From positions 1 to 64,000 of the forward strand of contig JAAILG010000003.1 of assembly GCA_012026655.1 (NCBI GenBank): a stretch of DNA of 64,000 nt, read 5' to 3'. How positions within the stretch are numbered: position 1 is the first letter of the stretch; each line of letters starts with the position of its first letter. Both the position numbers and the translations under genes were made by a program. Of the stretch, positions 12,314 to 23,032 are shown one piece after another. The DNA is from Hydrolagus affinis (lineage: Eukaryota). Under the pieces are notes generated by a model, which worked only from the letters and a program-made list of their open reading frames with translations, was not told the origin of the DNA and ran no database searches.

Positions 12314-12669
12314 AATAATAATAATAATCCTTGTATTTGATACAGCGCCTTGTCAGGTCTTCGAGATGTCTCAAAGTGCTTCACACAATGTACCGTAAAG
12401 TGAATTGAATGTACTTTTGTGGGTGAAACGCAGCAGCAGTGTCCCACAAACAGTGATGGATTAAGTGACCAAATTATCATTATTATTTGAGAGAATTATT
12501 AACCGCTGAAAAGCGATCCGCCAATTGACCAACAACAGATTTCAACTTACTGCTTTGTAAACAGAAATGTGAAGTGTAAAGAAACTTGCCCAGTGTTCCT
12601 GCCAGGAATCAAACCCAAGTAGTCTCACTTGCGAGGCGAGTGCTCTGACCACTGAGCTACAGAACTCCA
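12314..12669 (-). mobile_element. tRNA-derived SINE, long subfamily
   Basis: Same head and (TTA)n tail as 250-554, plus an extra ~70 bp segment GAAAAGCGATCCGCCAATTGACCAACAAC...GTAAACAGAA at ~12505-12570. Confidence 0.88.
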
Positions 12670-15099
12670 CGAATACTATTTTGTGAGGTTAAAATTAGTC
12701 TTTACAAATATGCAGAACGTCCAATCAAAACATACTTGGAATCCCTCAGAATGGCACTGCATGGACTAATGAGAATCATGAATGTCTGTGAGAGCCGCTA
12801 CTTTCACAGAATCTCAAAACTAAAATTTAACTTCCAGTAATATATTTTCATGTTGCAGCAAGATTTAGACATCATTAATGCAACTCCCTGAGCTGCAATT
12901 GGAACAATTCCAGTTTTACACTGTGAGAATTTATGAATACGAATTAGAATCAGTTGTTTCTGAACTGGGTGCTAAGGCCAACCAGACAATGATGGTCACT
13001 AATGTAACAAAGACTGAAGGTAATATGGATGGTGGCCATCGAGCTCCAGGGCTTGACTGCTCAAAGTTTGAGAATTTGCAATCTAGTCTAGCTGATTATG
13101 CCTTATCTCGAGTACTTTTACCTAAAGATAACTGCTGAGCAGTTGTAAAGCAATGTTAGATGGGTGGGTAGAACAGAAGGGAGGGAGAGAGAAATGGAGA
13201 GCAGAAAGGAAAGATAAGAAAACAATAGTTAGAAGAACTTTGTTGCATGCAGTCAGTGTCACTTTGCAAAACTGCGAAAAATCCAACGAGAAAAATCTAT
13301 GAGATCTACGAGAGTCTATGAGATCGTTTGGTGATCTGGTTCTTCAATATTCATCCCGAACAGTGCTGGCACAAAACCAATTCCTATTCTTCCAGGTTAA
13401 TATTAAAGAACTCATTGTACTGTTGTAAAAGAAGGTTGTTTTTCTCCCAGTATTCTGGCCAACAATCCTCCTGGTAAATTGATTGTTTACTTTATGGTTG
13501 CTTGTAGGACTTTACTGTATGCACAAAATGGCTGTTGTACAAGGCTACAAGAAACACTCAACTCCAAAGGAATTAACAGGAAGTACATAAAGATATTTTA
13601 ATGTTCCTAGACTCCTATAAATTAACATGTGACAAATAATACCAGGTATATATTAAAATACTAATTATCTTGGGAGAGAGATCCAATGTAATCTTCCAGG
13701 TTATGTGAAACTTAAGTGCTCAGAACCCCAATGAAAGGGTTGGTGTACACAAAAGTACAAATTAAAGTACATTTTCAATATATGAAGAGGTTTGATCTCT
13801 ATTTTTAGCCACAGCACACTTTTTGATACCCAATTAATGGAACACAACTCTACACTGATGATACTTGCTTTCTCTCAAAACAAATATCGATCTGTGTCTG
13901 TAAACCTTCATTAGCTTATATTCAAGGGCATCCAACACAAAAAAATATGTAAAGAACTCAAATGGCGGTATGCAATTTTTATAAGTGACAATATAAATGT
14001 ACTTGAGGATGTGCGTTAACCTAGACAATGTCCTTCCATTCAACTGTGTACTTTTTAAAAAAAATCAATATATCGGCTGCTAAATATATGTTTAATTAAT
14101 ATATCCTGACTGACACATTGTTATGGATCAAATGCAACACATTGGCACTCAACCTTTATAAATTGATTCTCTGAATACTGCACTCCATTATTCCCCTGAC
14201 TCATTCTAAACAAAATGAAAGCAAACCATTTTTTTCTGCTCTTAGCAACCAGGAAATAAACGTGACAAGGCCATCATTCAGCACATTTTGAGTTAGTTTT
14301 ACAGAAAAAGTTGACAGATTATTACAAGAATGAATAATATTATATCCTTTAGCATTAAACAGTACAGCATTCTTCAACATCGAGGTCATTTTTGTGAATT
14401 AGATTGCCTCAACATGCACTGCAAGATCAAGATTCATATTTTATTTGACATACTTACATGCAAGCTGATTTTCAAATTACCGGCTCAAGGACATGATTAC
14501 TCACCCAAGCTGTTGCTTTACAAGCATATACATATCATGGTCTTTTATTGATAATTTTAATTGTTTCTACTCATTTTTAAATCTGTTTTTGTCATTGTAA
14601 ACACACACAATTTGTTTATCTGTACAAAGCTTGGTTGAAATGGTCCTACATCTTCTATTTCGATCGGAAAAGATCTTCCCACAAATTGTAAACAGGGTCA
14701 CAAATTACTAAACATTGTAAATAAGTTGTCTGAAACTGAAGACAACTTAGTGATTTTCCATATGGGGCTTTTTAATATCTCATACCACTGAAAGTGAACT
14801 TGACTGCACTCTTGTGTTTTGTACTGAACATAAAGAGGTTTGATCTTCGGTTTCAGTAAATGCTCTTCAAGGACTGGACTGCATAAATTAACTTGTACTG
14901 TGCTATGGATTTCCACTGCATTACCATGTGAATAGTAGAGCTGCATTATTGACTGACAAGCTAAACACCTTTTGGTAGCAATGATGAGATCAAGCCACTG
15001 GACCCATCTTGAATTGAATTTCCAGGCAAATACAGGTTCCAACAATCGATGAAATTCAAAATGAATTTCTAATAGATGAATAGTGATAGTTCATTAATA

Positions 15100-15713
15100 T
15101 AGTAAAAGCCCGTTTATCCGGCACCAGACTAAATAATAAGATAATAACAGAATATTGTATAGGTGCTTATTGTTAAAACTACTCTCTTGCGCTTCTCACC
15201 TTTACTGATTGAGGTTTACAGTCCAGCGATTCTTTTTTAAATGGAGGACACCAAGCGGGTGAAAAAAATGGTAGCGCGATTTTAAAGTGGCGCGACTTTA
15301 CTAGCGACAAGCTGATATCACTAGACTCTACTAGCGGCAAACCGAAATACTGCATGACAATGTGGGTTATCGGCTAGCGTTATCAGCTTGCCGCTAGTAT
15401 GGCTTTAAAGTCGTGCTCCATTTTTTTCACCCGCTTGGCGTGCTCCATTTTAAAAAGAATCGCTGGACTATAAACCTCAACCGCAGCATCATGGCTTCAA
15501 GCACAGCATCTACCAGCAAAGGTGAGAAGTGCAAGAGAATAGTTTTAACAATAAGTACCAATACAATATTCTGTTATTATTTATGCATTTACAATTGCCC
15601 CACCGCTATTTTTCTGGATAAGTTCTGGTTTATTGAATGGGGACTTTTTTTTTGGTGTGCTGGTTATACGGAAGTGCCAGTTCATCAAGTCACGGATAAA
15701 CGGGCTTCTACTG
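15100..15713. mobile_element. Tigger/pogo-derived palindromic MITE, copy 2 (inverted relative to copy 1)
   Basis: TAGTAAAAGCCCGTTTATCC ... GGATAAACGGGCTTCTACTG with TA flanks; collinear with the reverse complement of 6245-6975 apart from one subterminal deletion. Confidence 0.88.
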
Positions 15714-16204
15714 TACTATACTAAAGTTTACTCCGTGTGCTTCTTAATCTGCGTCGCTAGAATAGTGAAGCCGACCTCTAGGTTTAGTTTTGGCTTTGCG
15801 CAGTTTCAAGGGAGCAATTTCCATTTCATTCTGCTCAGTACATTTTCATACATAGTGAATGCTGCTCAATGTTACAATTTTTCAATCCATCAAAATCACA
15901 ATATCTTTGAAACTAAGTCAGTTTTTTTTCTCATCTAGTTCAACATAAATCCTGTGACTTATAAGATAAATATTAAATTCCATTTCTGATCTGAGTGCAG
16001 TCTTCATTCACAGTTTATTCCTTCCCATCACATTTCCTTGTCATTTTCATTGGGTTCATACCTGTTTGGCTAGGTTTCTGGAACACTCTAAATCTTGGTC
16101 TGCTGTCATAGGATTTCACTTGTTCCAAATAGATTTCTTTGTTGATTTATTACCAATGTCGAGTTAATTTCTTGAGCCTCTACAATTTTTACAACAAAAG
16201 TCAT

Positions 16205-16460
16205 TGTGCTCAGTTCCGCACTCTTAATTCAGAATCAGCAAGTTGTGCTTTAAAAGCCTCACACCAGACACTGAACTGATACAATCTTGGGAGCCACTTC
16301 AGTGCTTTGCTGGAGGAGAGCTGTGTTGTTGCAGCTGCGATCATTCAATGAGACATTAAACCAAAGTCTTTTCTACCTGTTTACGTGGACCCTAAAGATA
16401 ATATGGTAGGATTTGAAAATGCAAGGGAGTTTCTCCCAGTGACTTGGCCAATAATCCCTT
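16205..16460 (+). mobile_element. ancient DeuSINE relic (SacSINE1/AmnSINE1-type Deu domain)
   Basis: ATGAGACATTAAACCAAAGTC...GTGGACCCTAAAGATAATATGG...GGGAGTTTCTCCCAGTGACTTGGCCAATA matches the Deu-domain consensus (GATGAGACGTTAAACCGAGG...GTGGACGTAAAAGATCCCATGG...GTTCTCCCCGGTGTCCTGGCCAATA) as I recall it. Confidence 0.65.
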
Positions 16461-17477
16461 TGACTGCACTTCACTTAACAGTAAAGTATATGATGAAAAA
16501 TAGTGTGCATACATTTATAACCTATTTCAAAGTACAGATTATGACCGGAATAAGCATAACAAAGGCAAATAAACTGAATTTCTATTCAGAAAGTGTGAGG
16601 CAAGGAGCATGGTCAGAAAATGTGCAAGTGGCTTGCTGTTACTATTCTGCCATGGCAGCATGGAATTTAGAGCATTCCATGGTATGTACCGTCACGAAAA
16701 AAAGGTGTGTGTAAACATTGCTGAAATCGATTAACACAGTGAAAATGTTTGCTAAATATCAAATACCTTACAAATACTTGGGTAAAAACTGTAAAAGACT
16801 GAGCAAATTTCATGATGTGACTTTCAAACCAAGTTCATCAGCCATACATGTTTTGGGACATTTGAATCTCTCGATCCAACGGATGAAAAGCTATCATTGT
16901 GTTTTAAAGGGTCATCATTAAATTAAATGTCCAGCTAATAGAACACTGATGAGGCAGTGAGTATGCCAAACGACAGTTACAAATTGAGGCCGCTATGAAT
17001 TTTCATGGAAGTGTTCAGGATAGATTCAAAGACACAACTTCAAAAACCAGGAAGTAGATCTGTAGCTATTGAAAATTCTGCTGACGTTGCTATGTAAGTG
17101 TCATTACAAAAGATTGCTTGGCTGGAATAAATTATTAATGCTTCGAGGTTAAAACCTATAAAACTTTTACTTCTGTCTAAAAAGCAATTATTGATGTAGG
17201 AAACACTAAGTATAAAGAAGAATAATTTCCATTTATATGGCATTATTCACATTGAAAGGATGTCTCCAAGTGCTTGACACAGCTGACTGGAGCCCAGACT
17301 TGGGGTGCGGGAGGGGAGCTTGGCAGAAGGGGGGAGCAGTATGAAGATGGCCAAAACCAGTGTAAAAGATAGAATTGCAGAGGAGGTAGAGAATGGGGTT
17401 TGGAGGAGCCTGGTAATGGAAGTGGACAGACTTCGTCTTCCTCTCCCCCTTTCCTCTTTTTCCCCTGGCCCTATTTT

Positions 17478-17632
17478 CACGACTGTTTGTGGGATACTGC
17501 TGTGCGCAATTTGGCTGCTGCGTTTTCGCCCACAAATATACAGTTAATTTTCCTACTTTCCTTCCCCAAACTCTTCGAAGCACTTTGGGACATCGATAAG
17601 ATGTGGAAAGCGCTATATAAACTTAAGGATTA
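17478..17632 (+). mobile_element. SINE 3' half
   Basis: CACGACTGTTTGTGGGATACTGCTGTGCGCAATTTGGCTGCTGCGTTTTCGCCCACAAATATACAG...AAGCGCTATATAAA. Confidence 0.8.
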
Positions 17633-17771
17633 CTTACTGCTGTGTCCTCAATTTACCAGCTTGTACAGGGAAGAGCTGGGGAGTCCAGCAAGCAGGGCAT
17701 TACAGTAATTAAGCCTTGGTTTCTTAAGAAGCTGTTCACAGAAATCCCCCAGAACAAAATAAGTCACTCAC

Positions 17772-17945
17772 ATCATAATCCTTGCATATGATACAGCTTT
17801 TTTCACGCCTTCTAGATGTCTCAAAGCGCTTCACAGAATGTACTGTAAAGTGAATTGACCATATATTTGCAGGTGAAACACGGCAGCCAATTGCACACAG
17901 CAGTATCCTACAAACGGTCGTGGATTGAAATGACAAATTTTTTAA
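17772..17945 (-). mobile_element. SINE 3' half
   Basis: ATAATCCTTGCATATGATACAGC...CAAAGCGCTTCACAGAATGTACTGTAAAGTGAATTGAC...GTCGTGGATTGAAATGAC. Confidence 0.82.
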
Positions 17946-18546
17946 AAAAATTTAACATGGCTATTTGTGGGACATTGCTGTGCAAGGAATCAGACACCGC
18001 ATTCGTCTACAAAATACAGTCACTTCACAATGTGAAGTCCTTTGAATAGAACCTCTCACATGAAAGATGTTATATGAAATGTAAGCATTATTATTCGTTT
18101 CTTAGGCCAGTTCTGAACCAAATACTCTTTTTCTCTTCTGTCCTCTTCAGCTGTTAAACTAAAGCCAATGGATTTATGAACTTGCATGTTTTCTTGAACA
18201 GCTGCTAATAAATGTACTTCAGTAAACAGCTTGTGATTTTCCCAATAGTGTAAAGTGAGGCAAAATAATCTATACTATACTTGGGGTGATTTTGAAAAAA
18301 AATGAAGGTAATAAAACCAAGTGAAAAATAAATTGTGGAATCCTTTATTCACAAACTTAAATGATAGTATCTCAAAAATATAGAGTAGCATGTTCCATGA
18401 AACATCAATAGCTCGTTGATTTATCATCATACTAATGCTTTGCCTAGACTTCCACTGGCACTCCAAATAAATCAACAAATCGAAATCTCCTTGAAGCTTC
18501 TTGTTCATATTTAGCTCTTTGCTGAAATGCATCTTTCAGCAGAATT

Positions 18547-18690
18547 AACAACAATAAAATTACACTTCTATAGCGCCTTTCACGTCAGGGGGACATCCCA
18601 AGGCATTCGGGGACGGAGAGGGTGGAGGGAAAGGCGGGGATTTGGGATGAGTGATGGGACCCTCGAAGGAGGGTCTTGAAGGAGAAAACT
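18547..18690 (-). mobile_element. L2 LINE 3' end
   Basis: AACAACAATAAAATTACACTTCTATAGCGCCTTTCACGTCAGGGGGACATCCCAAGGC...GAAGGAGGGTCTTGAAGG (FKTLL motif on the minus strand). Confidence 0.65.
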
Positions 18691-18884
18691 GGGAAAATAC
18701 AATAAATTGTGGCAATGGCAGAATATAAAAGTGTCTTTTTAAACCTGGTTATATTCAATATTAAGTGTTAAACCTATAAGATGCTAAATTTGTCAAATAT
18801 ATTTTTTAAAAATTCCTTTGGAGTGGCTCAAAACAGAAGGAAGTTTCTCATGATATCTTGGCTAACCATCCCCCAAATACAATT

Positions 18885-19060
18885 CACCTATACTAATAAG
18901 GATGAAGTGCCTGCCTGCCTGCCTGTATCTCTGCCAATAACGCAATAACCTTTTGATGTAGAGACATGATATATACCTCATCGGAAAGATCTTGCATGTG
19001 TGAGTGTCATGGGCATTTACTGTTTCGGGGATCTCCTATTGTTGACAAGTTATTTCAAAA
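18885..19060 (+). mobile_element. possible Helitron-type 5' fragment with (CCTG)n
   Basis: CCTATACTAATAAGGATGAAG followed by a tetranucleotide microsatellite resembles 5' ends of non-autonomous Helitrons (TCTATACTAATA...); no 3' hairpin/CTAG end identified. Confidence 0.35.
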
Positions 19061-20984
19061 ATGCTTTAATTAAGCCCCAAAATATGACGTATGCATGGTT
19101 TCTTCAACAAAGTGGCCACAGAGGAAAGCCTACACCCTCTAAAGAGATACATATATACTAATATATTCTGCAACAAATGGATGGCAGTTTTATTGCCTTG
19201 CAATAACTCGAAAATTTGCTGGATCACACAGTAAACTGCTTCACTGGCAAAGTGTAGCTTTGATAGGTGTCTTCCCACAGGAGTCCATTGATCGGTGCAA
19301 ATTTGCTTTGTGCAAATTGGCTGCCATGCTCACCTACAAAACACAGTCACTAGACTCTACAGTAGATCGTGCAAAAGTGCTTTGGGTCATCCTACTGATG
19401 GAAAAGTGCTGATTATTCAAGGAAATGTGCTTTAAAACAAATTTTGTTAAATTTGAATAGTTATTAATATTTTATTAATTTCAAAATAAGAATTAGACTG
19501 TGCACTCAGCAGGTTAGATGGAGGTGCTTAATTCTCAGCAGATGTTTGTCCTAATTATATGAATACTTATGATGAATTTGATTGATTTCAGACAGTTTTG
19601 CTTGAGGGGAAATGTTGTCAAATATTGGATTGACTATATCCACTGAATGTAATTAAGAACTGTACCTGACATTCATTATAGCACCACCTCTTGGATGATT
19701 TCACAAATAGTGACACATTATAAAATGTAAAACCGATGAGACCATGCACACTTCGCCCATAGTCCATGTTAACATAAAGAAAGGCAATTGTATTAACAGG
19801 AAACATCAGCTCACAGTATTATTCACGTATTAATCAACGTGAGTAAGCAATAACACAATATATTTTATCTTGTATAGTATAAGAAGGACTGTAGGATATG
19901 AGCTGAAAGGACTGCCAATTATTTGTGAACCAGTTGGACTACAATTATGCAGTAATTGTGTAGTAAATTCAGTCATCACAACCATGACCTTAAACATAAA
20001 CTGACTTAGGATAAAGAAAATGCAAAGGGTGCCCTGTTGCTATACTTAAGGTATTTCTGAAATTAATCACTGAGTGCTTTATGAGTCAATTCTGAGAAGC
20101 ACAAATGGAGGCAAGATCAAGATTCCCTGTTCACCTCCTCTCCAGACTGCGCACTTCCTCCCCATGGCAGGTTTTAATGTACTGACATTCTGGTTCATTG
20201 TACCCCGTGTAGTGGAAACACTTCAATTCTATTCTCCTCCACATGGAGAGTTCATTGTCAAAACTAGGATACAAGAATCAATGCTGAACAAGCCCGATAA
20301 TCCTCACAAACCACTCTCATCCACTTCGAAGATTCATCTGCGCAATTCTCCTTCAATATAATGGAAACATTGTGGACTACAAGCACACCCGTCCTTCTGG
20401 AACACAAATACAATCCAGTCATGTTGTCAGAAGTGATTTTACAATCCAATTCATTATCATAATCAATAAGATATACTTAGAATACTGTGTCAATGCTCGA
20501 TTTTGCAATGAAACAGAGATGACATTACAGATTCATAACTGCTCTAGTTAGTGCAATCATCAAGATACAATTTTATAGCAGGTCTTCATCAATTCTTAAA
20601 GTGATTTATTGCTATAGTTCCTTTTTACTCAGTGACTAACAGGATTTCCTCCTGCAGTTATTATTTGGAGAAGCTTGTAAACTAGAAAACTGTAAGGCTG
20701 GCAAATTAAACAACCATTTAGAAAGTTGCACTTGTTGGGAGTAATGAAACCTCTCTTTCCTTCTGGACCAAAATGAAAAGGTGAGTAACTAAACAAGAAA
20801 AATCAAACCTAAATTTGCATGTTTTCAAGTTTTCACCCCTAAACTCTCCAATGATAAATTTTCCAATGTCAACTCCCGCATTGCTGGACAATGGTTTTTC
20901 AGATAGAACATTGGGCAGGCAATGACATTGAGCTGGCTGTTGCACAACTCAGAGCTTCTAACTTAAAAACAGCACTGGTAGAAA

Positions 20985-21376
20985 TAGTGTCCGGTGATAT
21001 ATTGATATATCGGTTATATCGGTATAATTTTTCATATCGATATGCTGATATTGGAAATTCAAATATATTGGTATATCGAAAAATTAGATATGAAAAAAAA
21101 TCCATATATCGCAAATATCGGTATATTGTGTCCGGCGATATATCGATATATCGGTTATATTGGTATAAAGCAAACTTTTTCAACTTACCTTGTTGCCGGC
21201 ATTGCAAACCTCCTGGGCCTAGAGCATGGAATGCGTGCACATATCAGAATGCGCGCGCACCTCCGAATGCACGCGCATGCGCAGTATACAAAAAGGCGAT
21301 ATCGATATATCGGTATATATCGATATGAGCCCACCGATATATCGATATCGGAAAATTTCCATATCGACGGACCCTA
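20985..21376. mobile_element. hAT-type non-autonomous element rich in ATATCG/CGATAT
   Basis: TIRs TAGTGTCCGGTGATAT ... ATATCGACGGACCCTA; 8 bp flanks GGTAGAAA / AGCAGAAA (6/8, decayed TSD); dense subterminal ATATCG motifs. Confidence 0.78.
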
Positions 21377-21454
21377 AGCAGAAAACAGGAATACCATAGG
21401 ATCAGTAATATTCATCTGAAAAAGTAGATTGGTTGAATGATTTATTCAAATGCC

Positions 21455-21600
21455 AAAACCTCCAATAGTGCAGCCCTGGACCCTACCACTGACTAGAGGT
21501 CAGCTGAAACTATGAGCTCAATGTACTGATGTGGGGCTTGAACACCCAAACTTTTGACTCAGAAACAAGAGTTCTATCAACTGAGCCAGGCTGACACTCA
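21455..21600 (-). mobile_element. ancient Deu-type SINE head fragment
   Basis: Minus strand GTGTCAGCCTGGCTCAGTTGATAGAACTCTTGTTTCTGAGTCAAAAG...GTTCAAGCCCCAC: box A/B head of a SacSINE1-like element. Confidence 0.6.
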
Positions 21601-22699
21601 TGGAGGATACACTCATAGGTAAAGCAATGCAACAAGCCATGATGTGTTTGTACCGCAATTCTTTTTATAGCCAAGAAATCCTTTTGCATCTCAAATGCAT
21701 ATTTTATAATTCATTAAAGTAGCATGTAATTTGAACAGAACAGTAATTCAAGCTCAATTCTGAGGAAAGGGGATTGCTCACTTAAAAAGAGGCTGCTCTC
21801 AATTATTCAAAATTACATACCCATCATGTAGTGCTACTGTTGAACTTGGCTTAAAAAGTTCATCATCTAAGGTGTTACCTCTTTCAGTGACACATATGGT
21901 ATTCCTCAGTCTTTTTAGTTCAATTTCCACAGAGAAATGAATGAGGAAGAATGCCATTTAAACATTTCAAAGCACACTATCAGTAACATCTGAGAATAAT
22001 TCTCTGTCGGTCTCCTTGGTTGAGGATGCATTTACATTTTAATATTTGCTCCTCTAAAGATTTATTTAATCAATGGTTCCTTACCACATAGTAACCAAAC
22101 TGAAATTGTATATAAATGTAGCACTTGCATTTACATTTTGCGAAGTCAATAGAGCACTTGTTGATTCTAATCATTTCTTACTCATCACTGATTACTATGT
22201 ACAGTAATCATAGTATATAAGCATAGATTCTAAGATGCTAAATTAACAGAAAAATATAACTGTTCTTGCACAGATAGCTATGTTTAGAGGAGGAGGCATA
22301 TTAGTTCCTTTAGTTAGTGATAAGAAGATGGAGACAATCAGAAGATTCAAAATATATTAAATAGTCCATTCAGAAACGAAGATATTCCAATTCTGGCAAT
22401 TTGCGGTCACAAACATCAACCCACATTGGCAAATTAACGTCATGTACAGTATATTTCTACTCCGTAATCTGCAGGAATCTGAGTCTGAACCTACACAGAC
22501 AGTAAAAAACTGAAAGTAGCATCAGATAATCAGGCAACTTCACTCTCATGTTATTCACCAGCCAGCATCTGCGTTCCTTTGTACTTTGTTCCCCATCAGC
22601 CACAGGACTGAGCACAGCTACTTTACCACATGTGGCATTTTGCATGATGGAACTAGCTGATTGCTAATTTTTAAGTAGTCTTATTACTAAGGTGTCTGT

Positions 22700-23032
22700 C
22701 TTGTGTGGGGTCAAGCCTCACTTTGAGCTCAGAATCCAAGGCTGATCCTCCAATACAATGCTGGGAGAAGTTATACAATATTAAATCGAGATCCTGACTG
22801 TTTCGGTAAACATTAAACAATGCATTGTTGAAAAGGAAACGGGACTTTCTCCCAGTCTAATGGCCAATGATCCTCCCAATTAAAAAAAATGGTGATTCTC
22901 TTGGCTGTTTGTGGGACATTAATATGCACATATTGGCTACCGCATTCACCTACAAATATAGCAAAGCGTCTGTGAAGCGTCGAGATGTTCAGACATAAGG
23001 CACTATAGCAATTGTGAGGATTATTATTATTG
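22700..23032 (+). mobile_element. ancient DeuSINE relic
   Basis: GTGGGGTCAAGCCTCACTTTGAGC...AAGGCTGA...TTAAATCGAG...TTTCTCCCAGTCTAATGGCCAATG...GGCTGTTTGTGGGAC...GTGAAGCG...AGGATTATTATT. Confidence 0.55.

Noticed and set aside
16946-16978. Hammerhead-like CTGATGA-GGCA...TGCC-AAAC
   Set aside because: Lacks the essential G of GAAA and has no convincing stems I/III or repeat context; probably chance.
20891-21377. Three overlapping 111-145 aa ORFs rich in Y/R/I/D
   Set aside because: Produced by ATATCG repeats, which are poor in stop codons on both strands.
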